DNA of 64,000 nt from Nitrososphaerota archaeon (GTDB lineage: Archaea > Thermoproteota > Nitrososphaeria_A > Caldarchaeales > Caldarchaeaceae). The notes under the pieces were generated by a model. It was given only the letters and a program-made list of their open reading frames with translations, was not told the DNA's origin and did no database searches. The position numbers and the translations under genes are program-made. The DNA lies in the NCBI GenBank assembly GCA_041641305.1, contig JBEPYN010000002.1, positions 1-64,000 on the forward strand. The letters run 5' to 3'. This document shows, piece after piece, positions 48,619-57,830 of this stretch. How positions within the stretch are numbered: position 1 is the stretch's first letter; every line of letters starts with the position of its first letter.

Positions 48619-49947
48619 GTGGCCTCATCCGCAGTCATGCAGGTTATCGGGGAGCTGAAAAGTTACAAAAAAGCACGCTATAGGTATGGAAATGAGACAC
48701 GTGAGACTCTGCTCGCCGCAACAGCGGTCGCCGATATAACGGGCGGCGAAGCCATCATACTCGCACCCGAAAGCCTTGTAACATCTCTTGAACCCGACAG
48801 AGACGAGGCCCGCAAACTCCTCGAAAACCCGACGATGTTTAAGCAGAGAGTGTTTGAACAGCTTGAGCAAAGGGGTGGGAACTATCCAAAACCGGTGGTA
48901 GAAATTTTACCCAGTATAGGAAGCTTCAGCCAGCGAGAAAACGGTTGGAGAATAAATGCACAGGGAAGCTTCGCCGTCATAGAGGCCGCATTATTCCTCA
49001 TCATGAGAAAACTCGTCAAAGAAGGCAAAAACATAACACTGGTTATCACGAGCGGACTCAACATCTACCCCGCGCTGGCTCTGCGAACCCTCTACAACAT
49101 CCTCACTTACCAGCTTCTCTCCGCCTACCCTCACAGACCCAGCCCAGAACCTGAGCACAAACTCGCCTACCACACCATACCCACGCAAGAAAACGCGGAA
49201 ATACCAATAGAGACACAACCCGTGGACACAACCATCTACAACGCCTTCCCCCTAACCCTCGAAGAAATCAAGAACCTTGGAACAACCTATAGAGAGGAAC
49301 TCCGGCAAAATCTCATGCGATACCTAAACAATGGGTTGAAAGCCTTCAATAGCATAAACCGCAACACACCTCTGCCACTCTACTACAATCAAATCATCGA
49401 AGAACTGGCCTCCGAAAACGTGATGGGGCTGGAGCAACAGGTCGCCGATGACCTTGAAAAAAGAATCGAATGCATCGTCGAGGAGGAGAACGGCCAAATC
49501 ATTATAAATCGTTCCGTGGAACCTCTCCCCATGTCCCTCGTCCGCAGAACGATAACGGCGCTGGCCATGACAAGGTCGCTGATGAAGCTAGTCAAAGAGG
49601 CTCGAGAAAGCATGGTGGACGGCCACGTTCCACTCGACGCCATAAAAACACTCTTCTGCGTGAAGATTTACCGAGACGAGCCGCATTTCAGACATAACAG
49701 ATACCTTCTCGAGAACGAGTTAGAGAACATAGAGAGCTTGAAAGACAAGATTGGTGAGGAGGAACAGTGTTTGAATGATTTGCTCGCTGGGGGAAAGGGC
49801 TCCAGCGACATGGTGCGCAACTTCTTCGCCCACAGCGGGTTCCTTAGAGACATAACCTACGTCAAAAAAGATGCGTCAGGCAAAATTCTCCTCAAATACA
49901 GTCAAGACGAATCCGAAAAAGTTGGAAAATGGCTTCTGGAGAAATAA
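48619..49947 (+). CDS. csx1: Csx1/TM1812-like CARF-HEPN ribonuclease
   Basis: PESL, LPSIGSF, ITSGLNIYP (THGxN variant), HEPN RNFFAHSG. Confidence 0.82.
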   Translation: MASSAVMQVIGELKSYKKARYRYGNETRETLLAATAVADITGGEAIILAPESLVTSLEPDRDEARKLLENPTMFKQRVFEQLEQRGGNYPKPVVEILPSIGSFSQRENGWRINAQGSFAVIEAALFLIMRKLVKEGKNITLVITSGLNIYPALALRTLYNILTYQLLSAYPHRPSPEPEHKLAYHTIPTQENAEIPIETQPVDTTIYNAFPLTLEEIKNLGTTYREELRQNLMRYLNNGLKAFNSINRNTPLPLYYNQIIEELASENVMGLEQQVADDLEKRIECIVEEENGQIIINRSVEPLPMSLVRRTITALAMTRSLMKLVKEARESMVDGHVPLDAIKTLFCVKIYRDEPHFRHNRYLLENELENIESLKDKIGEEEQCLNDLLAGGKGSSDMVRNFFAHSGFLRDITYVKKDASGKILLKYSQDESEKVGKWLLEK

Positions 49948-49954
49948 TGGGTGG

Positions 49955-50551
49955 ATGATTTTGCTTTTTCTCGGAATTGATTTGGCTGGCGTTGAGACGA
50001 GGCCCTCGGGGGTGGCTGTTCTCGACGAGCACTTGTATGCGCGGACTTGGGTGCGTTTTCTTGACGCGGAGATTCTCGCAGATGTTGATGAGCTGAGGCC
50101 CGTTGCGGTGGGAATTGATGCTCCTCTTGGTCTGCCGCGTGGAAGGGCCAGCCTCGAGACACGTGGGCCTCCACATTTTAGGATATGTGATAATGAGCTG
50201 CGGCGACGGGGTATCAGGTTCTTCCCCATCACGATAGGCGCTATGCGTAAACTGACAGTACGTGGAATAAGGCTTGCCGAGGAAATCCGCCGCAGAAACA
50301 TCCCCGTCTATGAAACCTATCCCGGCGGGGTGCAGGACCTTCTCGGCCTTCCACGAAAACATCACAGTCTCAAGGGCCTAGTCAGAGGGCTCCGAAAACT
50401 CGGCGTCAAAAACCTGTCACCGAAAATCTCGGCCGACGAAGCAGATGCCGTCACATGCGCCTACGTGGTCTACCTGTGGTGGAGAGGGTTGTGTGAGGAG
50501 GTTGGTGTGCCCGATGAGGGTGTGATGATTCTCCCCAGGCAGAGGCTCTGA
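49955..50551 (+). CDS. DUF429 RNase H-like predicted nuclease
   Basis: GIDLAG, IDAPL, R..D.EL, ETYP, DEADAVTCA. Confidence 0.85.
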   Translation: MILLFLGIDLAGVETRPSGVAVLDEHLYARTWVRFLDAEILADVDELRPVAVGIDAPLGLPRGRASLETRGPPHFRICDNELRRRGIRFFPITIGAMRKLTVRGIRLAEEIRRRNIPVYETYPGGVQDLLGLPRKHHSLKGLVRGLRKLGVKNLSPKISADEADAVTCAYVVYLWWRGLCEEVGVPDEGVMILPRQRL

Positions 50552-51577
50552 CTATTGTGCGAGAGGCTCGGGCGGTTCAGGCGGCTCCTCGAAAACCTCG
50601 GGCCATTTAACGGCGTTGTTCATGTCTCTTTCTGCAAGCTTTTTCTCTATCTGTTGGCGGAGTGGCTCGAGCCATGTGGGTAGAACAAGCCGGGAGCCGA
50701 GTGTTTCACGCGGCTCGTCGACATCGTAGCCGGGGCCCTGTGTCGCCAGCTCAAGCAGGTTTCCATCAGGGTCTCTGAAGTAAAGCGACTTGAACCAGAA
50801 CCTGTCGACGATGCCTGAGTTTCTCCAGCCAACCGAGTTAAGCCGCCTCATCACAAGCCGCTGCACCTCCTCCGATTCCGCACATAAAGCGATGTGGTGA
50901 ACAGAGCCTCGGGCCACGTATCCATCCACGTTCACGGGATCAACTATGCACCGTAGATAGACGTCACCATCCATGTCATAAACCCGCAGCATGCCAGCAG
51001 AGGCCTCAACATTCACTATGTTGAGAAACTTTTCCAGAAACCTGCTGGTCAACCCTGGGTCGGATATAATGGGCGATGCGTGGTCAAATGCTGTGAGCTT
51101 CATGATCTGTGTGATTGCCGTGGGTGTCGGTGTCTGTGTGAAGAGTTCCTTGAGATAGGCGTGGTCTGCTTCGGGGTAGGGTGTTGCCAGTTCGAGGAGG
51201 ACACCGTCGGGGTCGCGGAGATAGATGGATGCGAGGCCGCCGTAGATGTATGGGCCCTTGGCGGCGATGTTTCTCTCCCTGAGATAATGGAGCCACTTAG
51301 CCAACGCCTCTGGGGAACCGACCCTGTATGCTAAGTGATGCGGCGAGCCGTATCCGGGATAGCCACGCGGCAGCTCGGGCCACTCGAAGAAGGTGATGGC
51401 GCTTCCCGTCGGCTTGTCGAAATTGGCGTAGAAGAGGTGTCGGTGATAGATGTCGTCCTGGTTTACGGAGAGCTTGACGCGGCGGAGGCCCAGCACCTCC
51501 GTGTAGAAACGGTTGTTGACCACGTAGCTGCCGGTGACGAGCGTGATGTGATGCAGGCCTTTGACGAGGCTTTCCAC
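50552..51577 (-). CDS. Ring-cleaving dioxygenase/glyoxalase (MhqA/MhqO-like VOC)
   Basis: GLHHIT, VNQDD..HLFY, VHHIA, DRFWFKSLYFRDP. Confidence 0.92.
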   Translation of the reverse strand: MESLVKGLHHITLVTGSYVVNNRFYTEVLGLRRVKLSVNQDDIYHRHLFYANFDKPTGSAITFFEWPELPRGYPGYGSPHHLAYRVGSPEALAKWLHYLRERNIAAKGPYIYGGLASIYLRDPDGVLLELATPYPEADHAYLKELFTQTPTPTAITQIMKLTAFDHASPIISDPGLTSRFLEKFLNIVNVEASAGMLRVYDMDGDVYLRCIVDPVNVDGYVARGSVHHIALCAESEEVQRLVMRRLNSVGWRNSGIVDRFWFKSLYFRDPDGNLLELATQGPGYDVDEPRETLGSRLVLPTWLEPLRQQIEKKLAERDMNNAVKWPEVFEEPPEPPEPLAQ

Positions 51578-51603
51578 AGAAGCGCTTAGCTTGTTGCCTG
51601 ATT

Positions 51604-52890
51604 TTAACGTGTCTCCTTCTCCAAAGGTTGTTTAACCAGCTGGGCCTGAAGCACCGAGACGGATACCGCTGTGAGGAAAGATGGGATGGATGCGCCTATG
51701 TCGGGGGCCAGCTGCAGTATGGTGACGTAAACCATTATTCCAGCTATCCATGAGACGAAGCCGCGGACTTTGACGCCGCTCGGCTGATAGAACTCGTCGA
51801 CGGTCGGCGGGTTGTTTCTCCTGTTGATGAAGAACTCGGCTGTCATGGCTCCGAGAAGCGGCACAAACAGCGAGCCTATGAGGAGGAGGAACCATTCATA
51901 CTGCAGCAGCGGAACCGTTAGGGCGAGAAGGGCTCCCGCGGCTGTTGTGAAGGCTGCGAAAACCCACTGAGGTGTTTTGGGGAAGATGTTTTGGAAGGAG
52001 ACGGCTGAGGAGTAGATGTCGGCGAAGCCGTTGTCTGTTTCGTCGACCAAGATGAGGATGAGCGCCGCGTTGCCGAGAAAGAGTGTCCCAATCGCTGAGA
52101 TTATGTCGTCGATGCCGAGGACCGCGACCAGCCCTGCTCCGAGCAGGTAAAACCATGTGTTGGCGACCGTGTAGCCAGACAACGTGCCCGTGAAGCTCGA
52201 GGAGGGCTTGGCTGCAAACCTGTTATAGTCCGAGACAAGCGGCCACCACGACACAGGCATCGCGACCACTATGTCGAGGGCCAGCAGCAAAGGTATCGCA
52301 TCGGGCCTGCCGCCGGTGAGCCACTGACCCAATCCCGGAGAAGTGGCGACGAGATAGGTTATCCAGATGGATGACAGATAGACAAGCCAGATGGCGTATC
52401 GCTCAAGCCATTTGCGGACAACGGCAAGAGGCCCGCCCAAGGCCAGCAACAGACACCATAGGCTGAAGACAACCACCCATATCGGGAAGCTGAGCTCACC
52501 GAAGAGCCAGCCCGTCAAAACACCCGCCGCCTGAGCCATAATCATAATCTCGAAACCCGTCCAACCGATGAGCTGAACGATGTTTAGAACAGTGGGAATG
52601 TAGCTGCCGCGGAGGCCGAGGACAGGACGCAGGCTCACCATCGTCGGCACACCATACCTGCTTCCGACAACGCCAGCGGAGGCGAGCATCAGGCTCCCGA
52701 TTATCGAACCAGCGAGAGAAACAGCCAGAACCTCGAAGAAACTCAGCGAAGACAGGAAAGAACCGGCCACCATCACCAGAAGACCGACACCCAAGCTCGA
52801 CCAGAGAACAAAGTAGTCAAAAAACCGAAGAACTCTGCTGCTTTCGGGAACTGGTTCAGCGCCCCATTCAGGCGGAAGCCGTATCTTCAT
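51604..52890 (-). CDS. cytX: NCS1 transporter, CytX (hydroxymethylpyrimidine)-like
   Basis: LWSSLGVGLLV, LNIVQLIGW, AMPVSWWPLVSDYNRF. Confidence 0.82.
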   Translation of the reverse strand: MKIRLPPEWGAEPVPESSRVLRFFDYFVLWSSLGVGLLVMVAGSFLSSLSFFEVLAVSLAGSIIGSLMLASAGVVGSRYGVPTMVSLRPVLGLRGSYIPTVLNIVQLIGWTGFEIMIMAQAAGVLTGWLFGELSFPIWVVVFSLWCLLLALGGPLAVVRKWLERYAIWLVYLSSIWITYLVATSPGLGQWLTGGRPDAIPLLLALDIVVAMPVSWWPLVSDYNRFAAKPSSSFTGTLSGYTVANTWFYLLGAGLVAVLGIDDIISAIGTLFLGNAALILILVDETDNGFADIYSSAVSFQNIFPKTPQWVFAAFTTAAGALLALTVPLLQYEWFLLLIGSLFVPLLGAMTAEFFINRRNNPPTVDEFYQPSGVKVRGFVSWIAGIMVYVTILQLAPDIGASIPSFLTAVSVSVLQAQLVKQPLEKETR

Positions 52891-52937
52891 AATCCCAGCT
52901 GGGTATAGGACACAATATAAACCACTAAATAACTCAC

Positions 52938-53330
52938 TCATAACTTAGACTTCACAACCGCCAACCCCCTATCAGTCAATATATACCGGAAAGGCTTCCC
53001 CTCCCGCTTTACATACCCCCTATCGTGTAGACTCTTCAGAAGACGGGCGGTGTGCTCGCGGCTGAGGTTGAGAGCCCTGCTGACGTCACTTGACATCACT
53101 TCTCCCCGTTCATGAATAAGCCGCAAAGCAGCCAAAGCAGAGGGATGAAGCTCCTCTTCCCCATGCGCTCTTTCCTCTATTGCTGGTTGTGGTGTATCCC
53201 TCTCTTGCGTGATTTTTTGTGACCTCTGTTGAGTGATGCCGTGACGCGTCACAGCCCTCCGGTAAACATAGATAAAAATCAGCGTCTGAGCCACAAACAA
53301 AGCAGAAAAAACAAGGGTGACCGTCTCCAT
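52938..53330 (-). CDS. Membrane-anchored winged-helix DNA-binding protein
   Basis: N-terminal TM, polar linker, SSDVSRALNLSREHTARLLKSLHDRGYV.R..KPFRY.LT. Confidence 0.8.
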   Translation of the reverse strand: METVTLVFSALFVAQTLIFIYVYRRAVTRHGITQQRSQKITQERDTPQPAIEERAHGEEELHPSALAALRLIHERGEVMSSDVSRALNLSREHTARLLKSLHDRGYVKREGKPFRYILTDRGLAVVKSKL

Positions 53331-53783
53331 GTCGGCTAAACCCCCAGCTGCCCCAGGAAATCTCTGACAGTTTCCCAGTCCTTTTCCTCAAAGGCTTCGC
53401 TCAGCCGGAAAAACCACTGGTATTGTGGGAGCTTGATTAGCCCGAGGTAGCTGAGCAAAATCAGTGTGTAGAATGATTTTTGGATGTTTGTGATGGCTTG
53501 TTTGCGGGTTCTGATGTAGGAGCCTTTTGTGACGCCGCGTAGCGCGGCCCTTTGATGTGATGTCAACGTCACGCCGTCACGGTGTGATATCACGTCGAAA
53601 ATAAGGGTTTCCACCTGCTTCTGCGTGAGATGGCTTCGCTTAAGCAGCTCCTTGAAAATCGTGTCTCCGGTCATTTTCCGCATGAATTCAGCCATTTCCC
53701 GGCTTTCCGTCTTTTCCTCTTTATCCCCCATATCTGGAATACACTTTTGTAAACCGCATTATTTTTGCATCACGCAGCATCAC
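53081..53783. repeat. Cluster of GTGAYG motifs (12 hexamers, 17 GTGAY pentamers, both orientations)
   Basis: Counted by eye; several pairs are 10 bp apart. Confidence 0.7.
53336..53731 (-). CDS. Conserved archaeal hypothetical protein, putative HTH DNA binder
   Basis: LLKRSHLTQKQ, RGVTKGSYIRT..QA..NI, FYTLILL. Confidence 0.7.
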   Translation of the reverse strand: MGDKEEKTESREMAEFMRKMTGDTIFKELLKRSHLTQKQVETLIFDVISHRDGVTLTSHQRAALRGVTKGSYIRTRKQAITNIQKSFYTLILLSYLGLIKLPQYQWFFRLSEAFEEKDWETVRDFLGQLGV

Positions 53784-53861
53784 ACCCGGAACCCATACCA
53801 TAGGATTATTAAGGTAATACTGTTAAAGGGATAAATCAAGCTGGTGCGGATTTGTCATTCG

Positions 53862-54242
53862 ATGACCGTGGTTAAGAACGTGGGTGATGCGGAGGCGCGG
53901 CCTGTTGACAGAGCTAGGGACACGTTTATTCAGGTGCTTGTCGACGCCCGAGACGGCTCGGCTAACATTTTTCTCCGCAGGTTCGTGATTAAGCCAGGCG
54001 GAGAAATTCCCGCACATAGTCACCCTGACATGGAGCATGTACAGTATGTTTTGCGGGGCGAGTATGAGGTTGTTCTCGACGGTGTGGTTCATAGGGTGAA
54101 GGCTGGTGATGTCTTGTTTATTCCGGCTAAGACTGTTCATAGTTACCGGAACATGGGGAAGGAGGATGCGGAGTTTCTCTGCGTGATAAGGGGAGGGCCC
54201 TACGAGACCAAGTGGGCAGATGAAGGCGCTTCACGCTGCTGA
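53862..54242 (+). CDS. Cupin-domain protein
   Basis: PAHSHP..EH, GDVLFIPA..VHSYRN. Confidence 0.92.
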   Translation: MTVVKNVGDAEARPVDRARDTFIQVLVDARDGSANIFLRRFVIKPGGEIPAHSHPDMEHVQYVLRGEYEVVLDGVVHRVKAGDVLFIPAKTVHSYRNMGKEDAEFLCVIRGGPYETKWADEGASRC

Positions 54243-54288
54243 GCTGCTGCACTATCGTGTTCCCGCCGACATCACATAGGGTAGTCTA

Positions 54289-55188
54289 TTGTTGCGTGAG
54301 GGAGCTTATTTCATCGATGTCTACGGCGATGTTTACGCTGTCAAGGGCCTTGTTCATCCGCCGGGCCGTGTATACGCGGTTCCTCGTCTGCTTAGACGTG
54401 AGGAGATGAAAAATATCCAAAAAGCTCTACAACTCATAGCGTCTGAGAGAAGCGGTTACCTTTTCCAAGACCCATATACAGGGCGGCGGGTGATAGCTGT
54501 TCCCCGTAAAAACATCAAACAAGTCATCACACCCTCCAAAAACATCAAGGGCCCTCCGCATCTCGTCGAGACGGCGAAAAAGCTTTCAAAGGTTCTCAGC
54601 CGAGCTGGCGTAGAACATGGTTTCACGGGCTCTCTCCTCCTCGGGACAGCGGACAACGAATCCGACATCGACATAGTCATCTACGGCGGTGCAAGAGAAT
54701 ACAAGAAGCTGAAAACACTTAGGCTCAGAAACATTCTTCAACCCGTCGATGAATCCGTGCTCCATCTCCTTGCCAAAAGCCGTCTCGACACACCATTTGC
54801 CCAGCCAACCCTCGCCACGGAGCAGCGTAAAATCCTCACCGGAAAGTTTGAGCACAAGCTTTACACGATGAAGATTGTTCCAAGGGTTTTTTGGGAGAGC
54901 TGGCATACTACAAGAGTTTATCCGCAGGAGGCTCTTGAGGCTGTTGTAGAGATAACCGATGCACGCCAGGGCTTCACCACTCCTTCACGGTACCGTGTGA
55001 GACCGCTTGAAACCGAGGCTGGTTTCACGGAGATTATTAGTTTTCGGAGCAGGTTCGCGGAGATGGGCGCGAGGGGTGAGAGGCTGCGTGTCCACGGGTT
55101 GTTGGAGAAGGTGGTTAAGCCGGGGAAAATATATCACAGGCTTAACGTTGGAATAGACGCTGGAGACTATATGGCGATGGAGATTTGA
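54289..55188 (+). CDS. Predicted nucleotidyltransferase (COG1665-like)
   Basis: VKGLVHPPG, GFTGSLLLG, SDIDIVIYG, C-terminal OB-like region. Confidence 0.8.
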   Translation: MLREGAYFIDVYGDVYAVKGLVHPPGRVYAVPRLLRREEMKNIQKALQLIASERSGYLFQDPYTGRRVIAVPRKNIKQVITPSKNIKGPPHLVETAKKLSKVLSRAGVEHGFTGSLLLGTADNESDIDIVIYGGAREYKKLKTLRLRNILQPVDESVLHLLAKSRLDTPFAQPTLATEQRKILTGKFEHKLYTMKIVPRVFWESWHTTRVYPQEALEAVVEITDARQGFTTPSRYRVRPLETEAGFTEIISFRSRFAEMGARGERLRVHGLLEKVVKPGKIYHRLNVGIDAGDYMAMEI

Positions 55189-56216
55189 CTATGCTTCGCG
55201 ACTCCAAACACCTCTACCTTGACCACGACTTTGTCGAGACGGGTGATGGATGGATATTCGGCGTGGTCTCCAACACGCATCCACCTGGCCGCATCCTCGC
55301 CTACCTCAAATACATCCCGGGAGACGGTGTCTGGACACGCGACGGCATCGCCTACAAACGCGTCCTTGCAACCTATTCTATGCGTGAGGTTGTGCAGATG
55401 GTTGAGAGCGTGCGGAAGAGTAGGCCCGAGTATGTATACATGGACCCTTCGACAGGTGAAGAGTTTGTCTATGTTCCCGTGGAGCGGGTTGTGAAGCATT
55501 ACAGGTGTGAGGAGGGGCTTACACGTATTTTGGAGAGGCCGGTGAACAGGGTTGAGGCTGTTTGCGCGGAGCTTGTTAACCAGCTTTCCAGCCGCTCCGG
55601 CCTCTCCTATGGCTTTTTCGGCGTCTCAGGCTCTCTATTGCTCAGGCTCTTCAACCCCGCGGCGGACATAGACCTCGTCGTCTACGGCGGCGAAAATTTC
55701 CGCAAAGTCGTCGAAGCCTCATACAGGCTTCAGACAGAGAAGACCCTCGCCGAAAACCAGGTCATCCTCGTCAAAAACTACATGGCGAAATATCCCATAA
55801 CACAGGAGGAGGCCGAGGAGCTTGCCAAAAGATGCCGCACACGAGGTATCTTCCACGGCACATACTACTCGCTCCACGCCGTCAGAACCTTGAGAGAAAA
55901 CAAGCGAAGCTACGGCGAAGTCACCAGCAGATACATAGGAGTGGAGAAAACCATTCTCAGGATAACCGATGCGTCGGAGAGCGTGTTCACTCCCGCTGTC
56001 TACGGTGTTGAGGACCTTGGCGGTAAAAACGTTGAACAGCTCGTCTGCTACGACACAACTTTTGCGGGGCTATTCAACGAGGGCGAGGTCGTCGAGGCGC
56101 TGGGAAAGCTTGAGAAAACTGTTGACCATGTTGAGAACCGTGTCTACCGCAGCCTCGTGATAGGCACCATTAGAACAGCCGACATAGAATATGTCAAGCC
56201 TTTAAGAAGCGTTTGA
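55185..56216 (+). CDS. Predicted nucleotidyltransferase (COG1665-like), paralog
   Basis: HPPGRILAYLKY, GVSGSLLL, ADIDLVVYG, GKLEK. Confidence 0.82.
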   Translation: MTMLRDSKHLYLDHDFVETGDGWIFGVVSNTHPPGRILAYLKYIPGDGVWTRDGIAYKRVLATYSMREVVQMVESVRKSRPEYVYMDPSTGEEFVYVPVERVVKHYRCEEGLTRILERPVNRVEAVCAELVNQLSSRSGLSYGFFGVSGSLLLRLFNPAADIDLVVYGGENFRKVVEASYRLQTEKTLAENQVILVKNYMAKYPITQEEAEELAKRCRTRGIFHGTYYSLHAVRTLRENKRSYGEVTSRYIGVEKTILRITDASESVFTPAVYGVEDLGGKNVEQLVCYDTTFAGLFNEGEVVEALGKLEKTVDHVENRVYRSLVIGTIRTADIEYVKPLRSV

Positions 56217-57684
56217 CCCTGTCCGATATCTCCATGGCTATCCACGGCGGTGTCCAAAGCGACATCGTCCTCACATAGCTTGTCTTCAAACATCTTGCTA
56301 TGACTCCGGTGTCGCCTACAGCGGCATAGCCTTTGACCACATGCTCAGCGAGCGAGGCCGCTTCATCGGCTTCGAGATAGTGGCCGGGGTAGAAGATAAG
56401 CTCCATCAGATCCCATGCAGGATCGCTGTCGAAGGAAGCCTGCTCAACATCTGTGATGAATATTTTTCCATCGCTTGTTTTGATGAATGACTCTGGCTTG
56501 CAGTCACCCAGCCGTCCGCCGACACGATGCACAGACGCCAGCACCCGGCCCACCTCATCCGCGAAAACAGCTCTGTCACCATGTTTCTCAATCCATGCGT
56601 CGAGAAGAGAACGGCCCTCTACATAGGTTGTGTAGAGAATCTTGTCCCGCCAGTTGACGTGGATAATTTCAGGTGTATGGAAGCCGTGGCTGCGGAGAAA
56701 ATCGAGGAAGTAGATTTCTTTGGCGAGACGGGTGGACGGGTTTATCGAGAAATCCTTTATCCATGCTGTCCATATTCGGGCGACGACCCATTTTACATCC
56801 GTCCAGCTCATGTAGCGTTTCGCGAACAGCTTCTCGGAGCCTACCTCGATGACGTAGGTTGAGTTGAACAGGCCTCCGACCCTTTTCACATGGCCTTCTT
56901 TCCCAAAGTATTCGCGTACAAACTCTATGATGTCGAGCTGTTTAGAGAGGGGTTGGAGGCCGCGGGATGTGCGGAGATGGATGTGCTGCTCAGGGTCGGG
57001 TAAAGATGGTGATTGTGCCGAGAGGTTTGAAGTGGCTTCGAAGACGAGGAGAGAGAAAAGCTTTGAGAGCTTGATGAGGTTGATGCGTCGAAGCGGCTCC
57101 AACCCGCTGAGAACCGAGAGCTTTTCAAACCTTTTCACAGCTTCGAGAGTAGGAGAGTAGCCGCCGTCAACCCTGTTCAGAAGACCCTCTGAAACCAGCT
57201 CGGAAGCAGCCTCCTCAAACCCTCTCTCATCCAACAAAACGCTGGAGAAATCGCTCCTCAGCAGAGGAAACGCCTCCGTAATTCTCCTAACCTTCTCAAG
57301 GAGGAAATACAGCGGCTCGATTACGATGTTGACGGCCGCGTACTTGTGGGCGGTTACGAGGTCTTTTAACAGCTGGCGAATGGTTTCACGTCGGTAGGTT
57401 TTCTCAAGAGTTTGCATCAGCTCCTCGCCCTTAAGCACCGTGTGGGGGAGGAGAAGCCTGTGGGCGAAAACCTCTCCATACGACGAGTTGTAAACATCGT
57501 CGATGAAATCAGATTTGTCCACGAGATATACGTGGAGATCCGGTTCACGCAACACTCTCACACCCTGACGCAGCCTCGACACCAACACAACATACTCAGG
57601 CCTCCTAACCGGAAAGAAAACAACCGCTTCAACACCGGCTTCAACACCCTTCTCCGCAAGCAACCGCTCCACAGAAGACAACAT
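56194..57684 (-). CDS. Kinase (RIO/Bud32/Kdo-like) with degenerate N-terminal NTase-like domain
   Basis: FAKRY, RLAKE, H..G..LGDCKPES, ITDVEQA, WDL. Confidence 0.75.
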   Translation of the reverse strand: MLSSVERLLAEKGVEAGVEAVVFFPVRRPEYVVLVSRLRQGVRVLREPDLHVYLVDKSDFIDDVYNSSYGEVFAHRLLLPHTVLKGEELMQTLEKTYRRETIRQLLKDLVTAHKYAAVNIVIEPLYFLLEKVRRITEAFPLLRSDFSSVLLDERGFEEAASELVSEGLLNRVDGGYSPTLEAVKRFEKLSVLSGLEPLRRINLIKLSKLFSLLVFEATSNLSAQSPSLPDPEQHIHLRTSRGLQPLSKQLDIIEFVREYFGKEGHVKRVGGLFNSTYVIEVGSEKLFAKRYMSWTDVKWVVARIWTAWIKDFSINPSTRLAKEIYFLDFLRSHGFHTPEIIHVNWRDKILYTTYVEGRSLLDAWIEKHGDRAVFADEVGRVLASVHRVGGRLGDCKPESFIKTSDGKIFITDVEQASFDSDPAWDLMELIFYPGHYLEADEAASLAEHVVKGYAAVGDTGVIARCLKTSYVRTMSLWTPPWIAMEISDRVKRFLKA

Positions 57685-57830
57685 CCCAACACCAACCATA
57701 CACACAACATAATAGGGCTTCCGCCGGCGGACCAGCCAACTTTTATGACCTGCTGCGAATTTGGCTGGATAGAAACTGTGGATGCGGCGTGTGATAGATT
57801 AATTTACTGGCTTGATGAGGTTTCTGTGGT

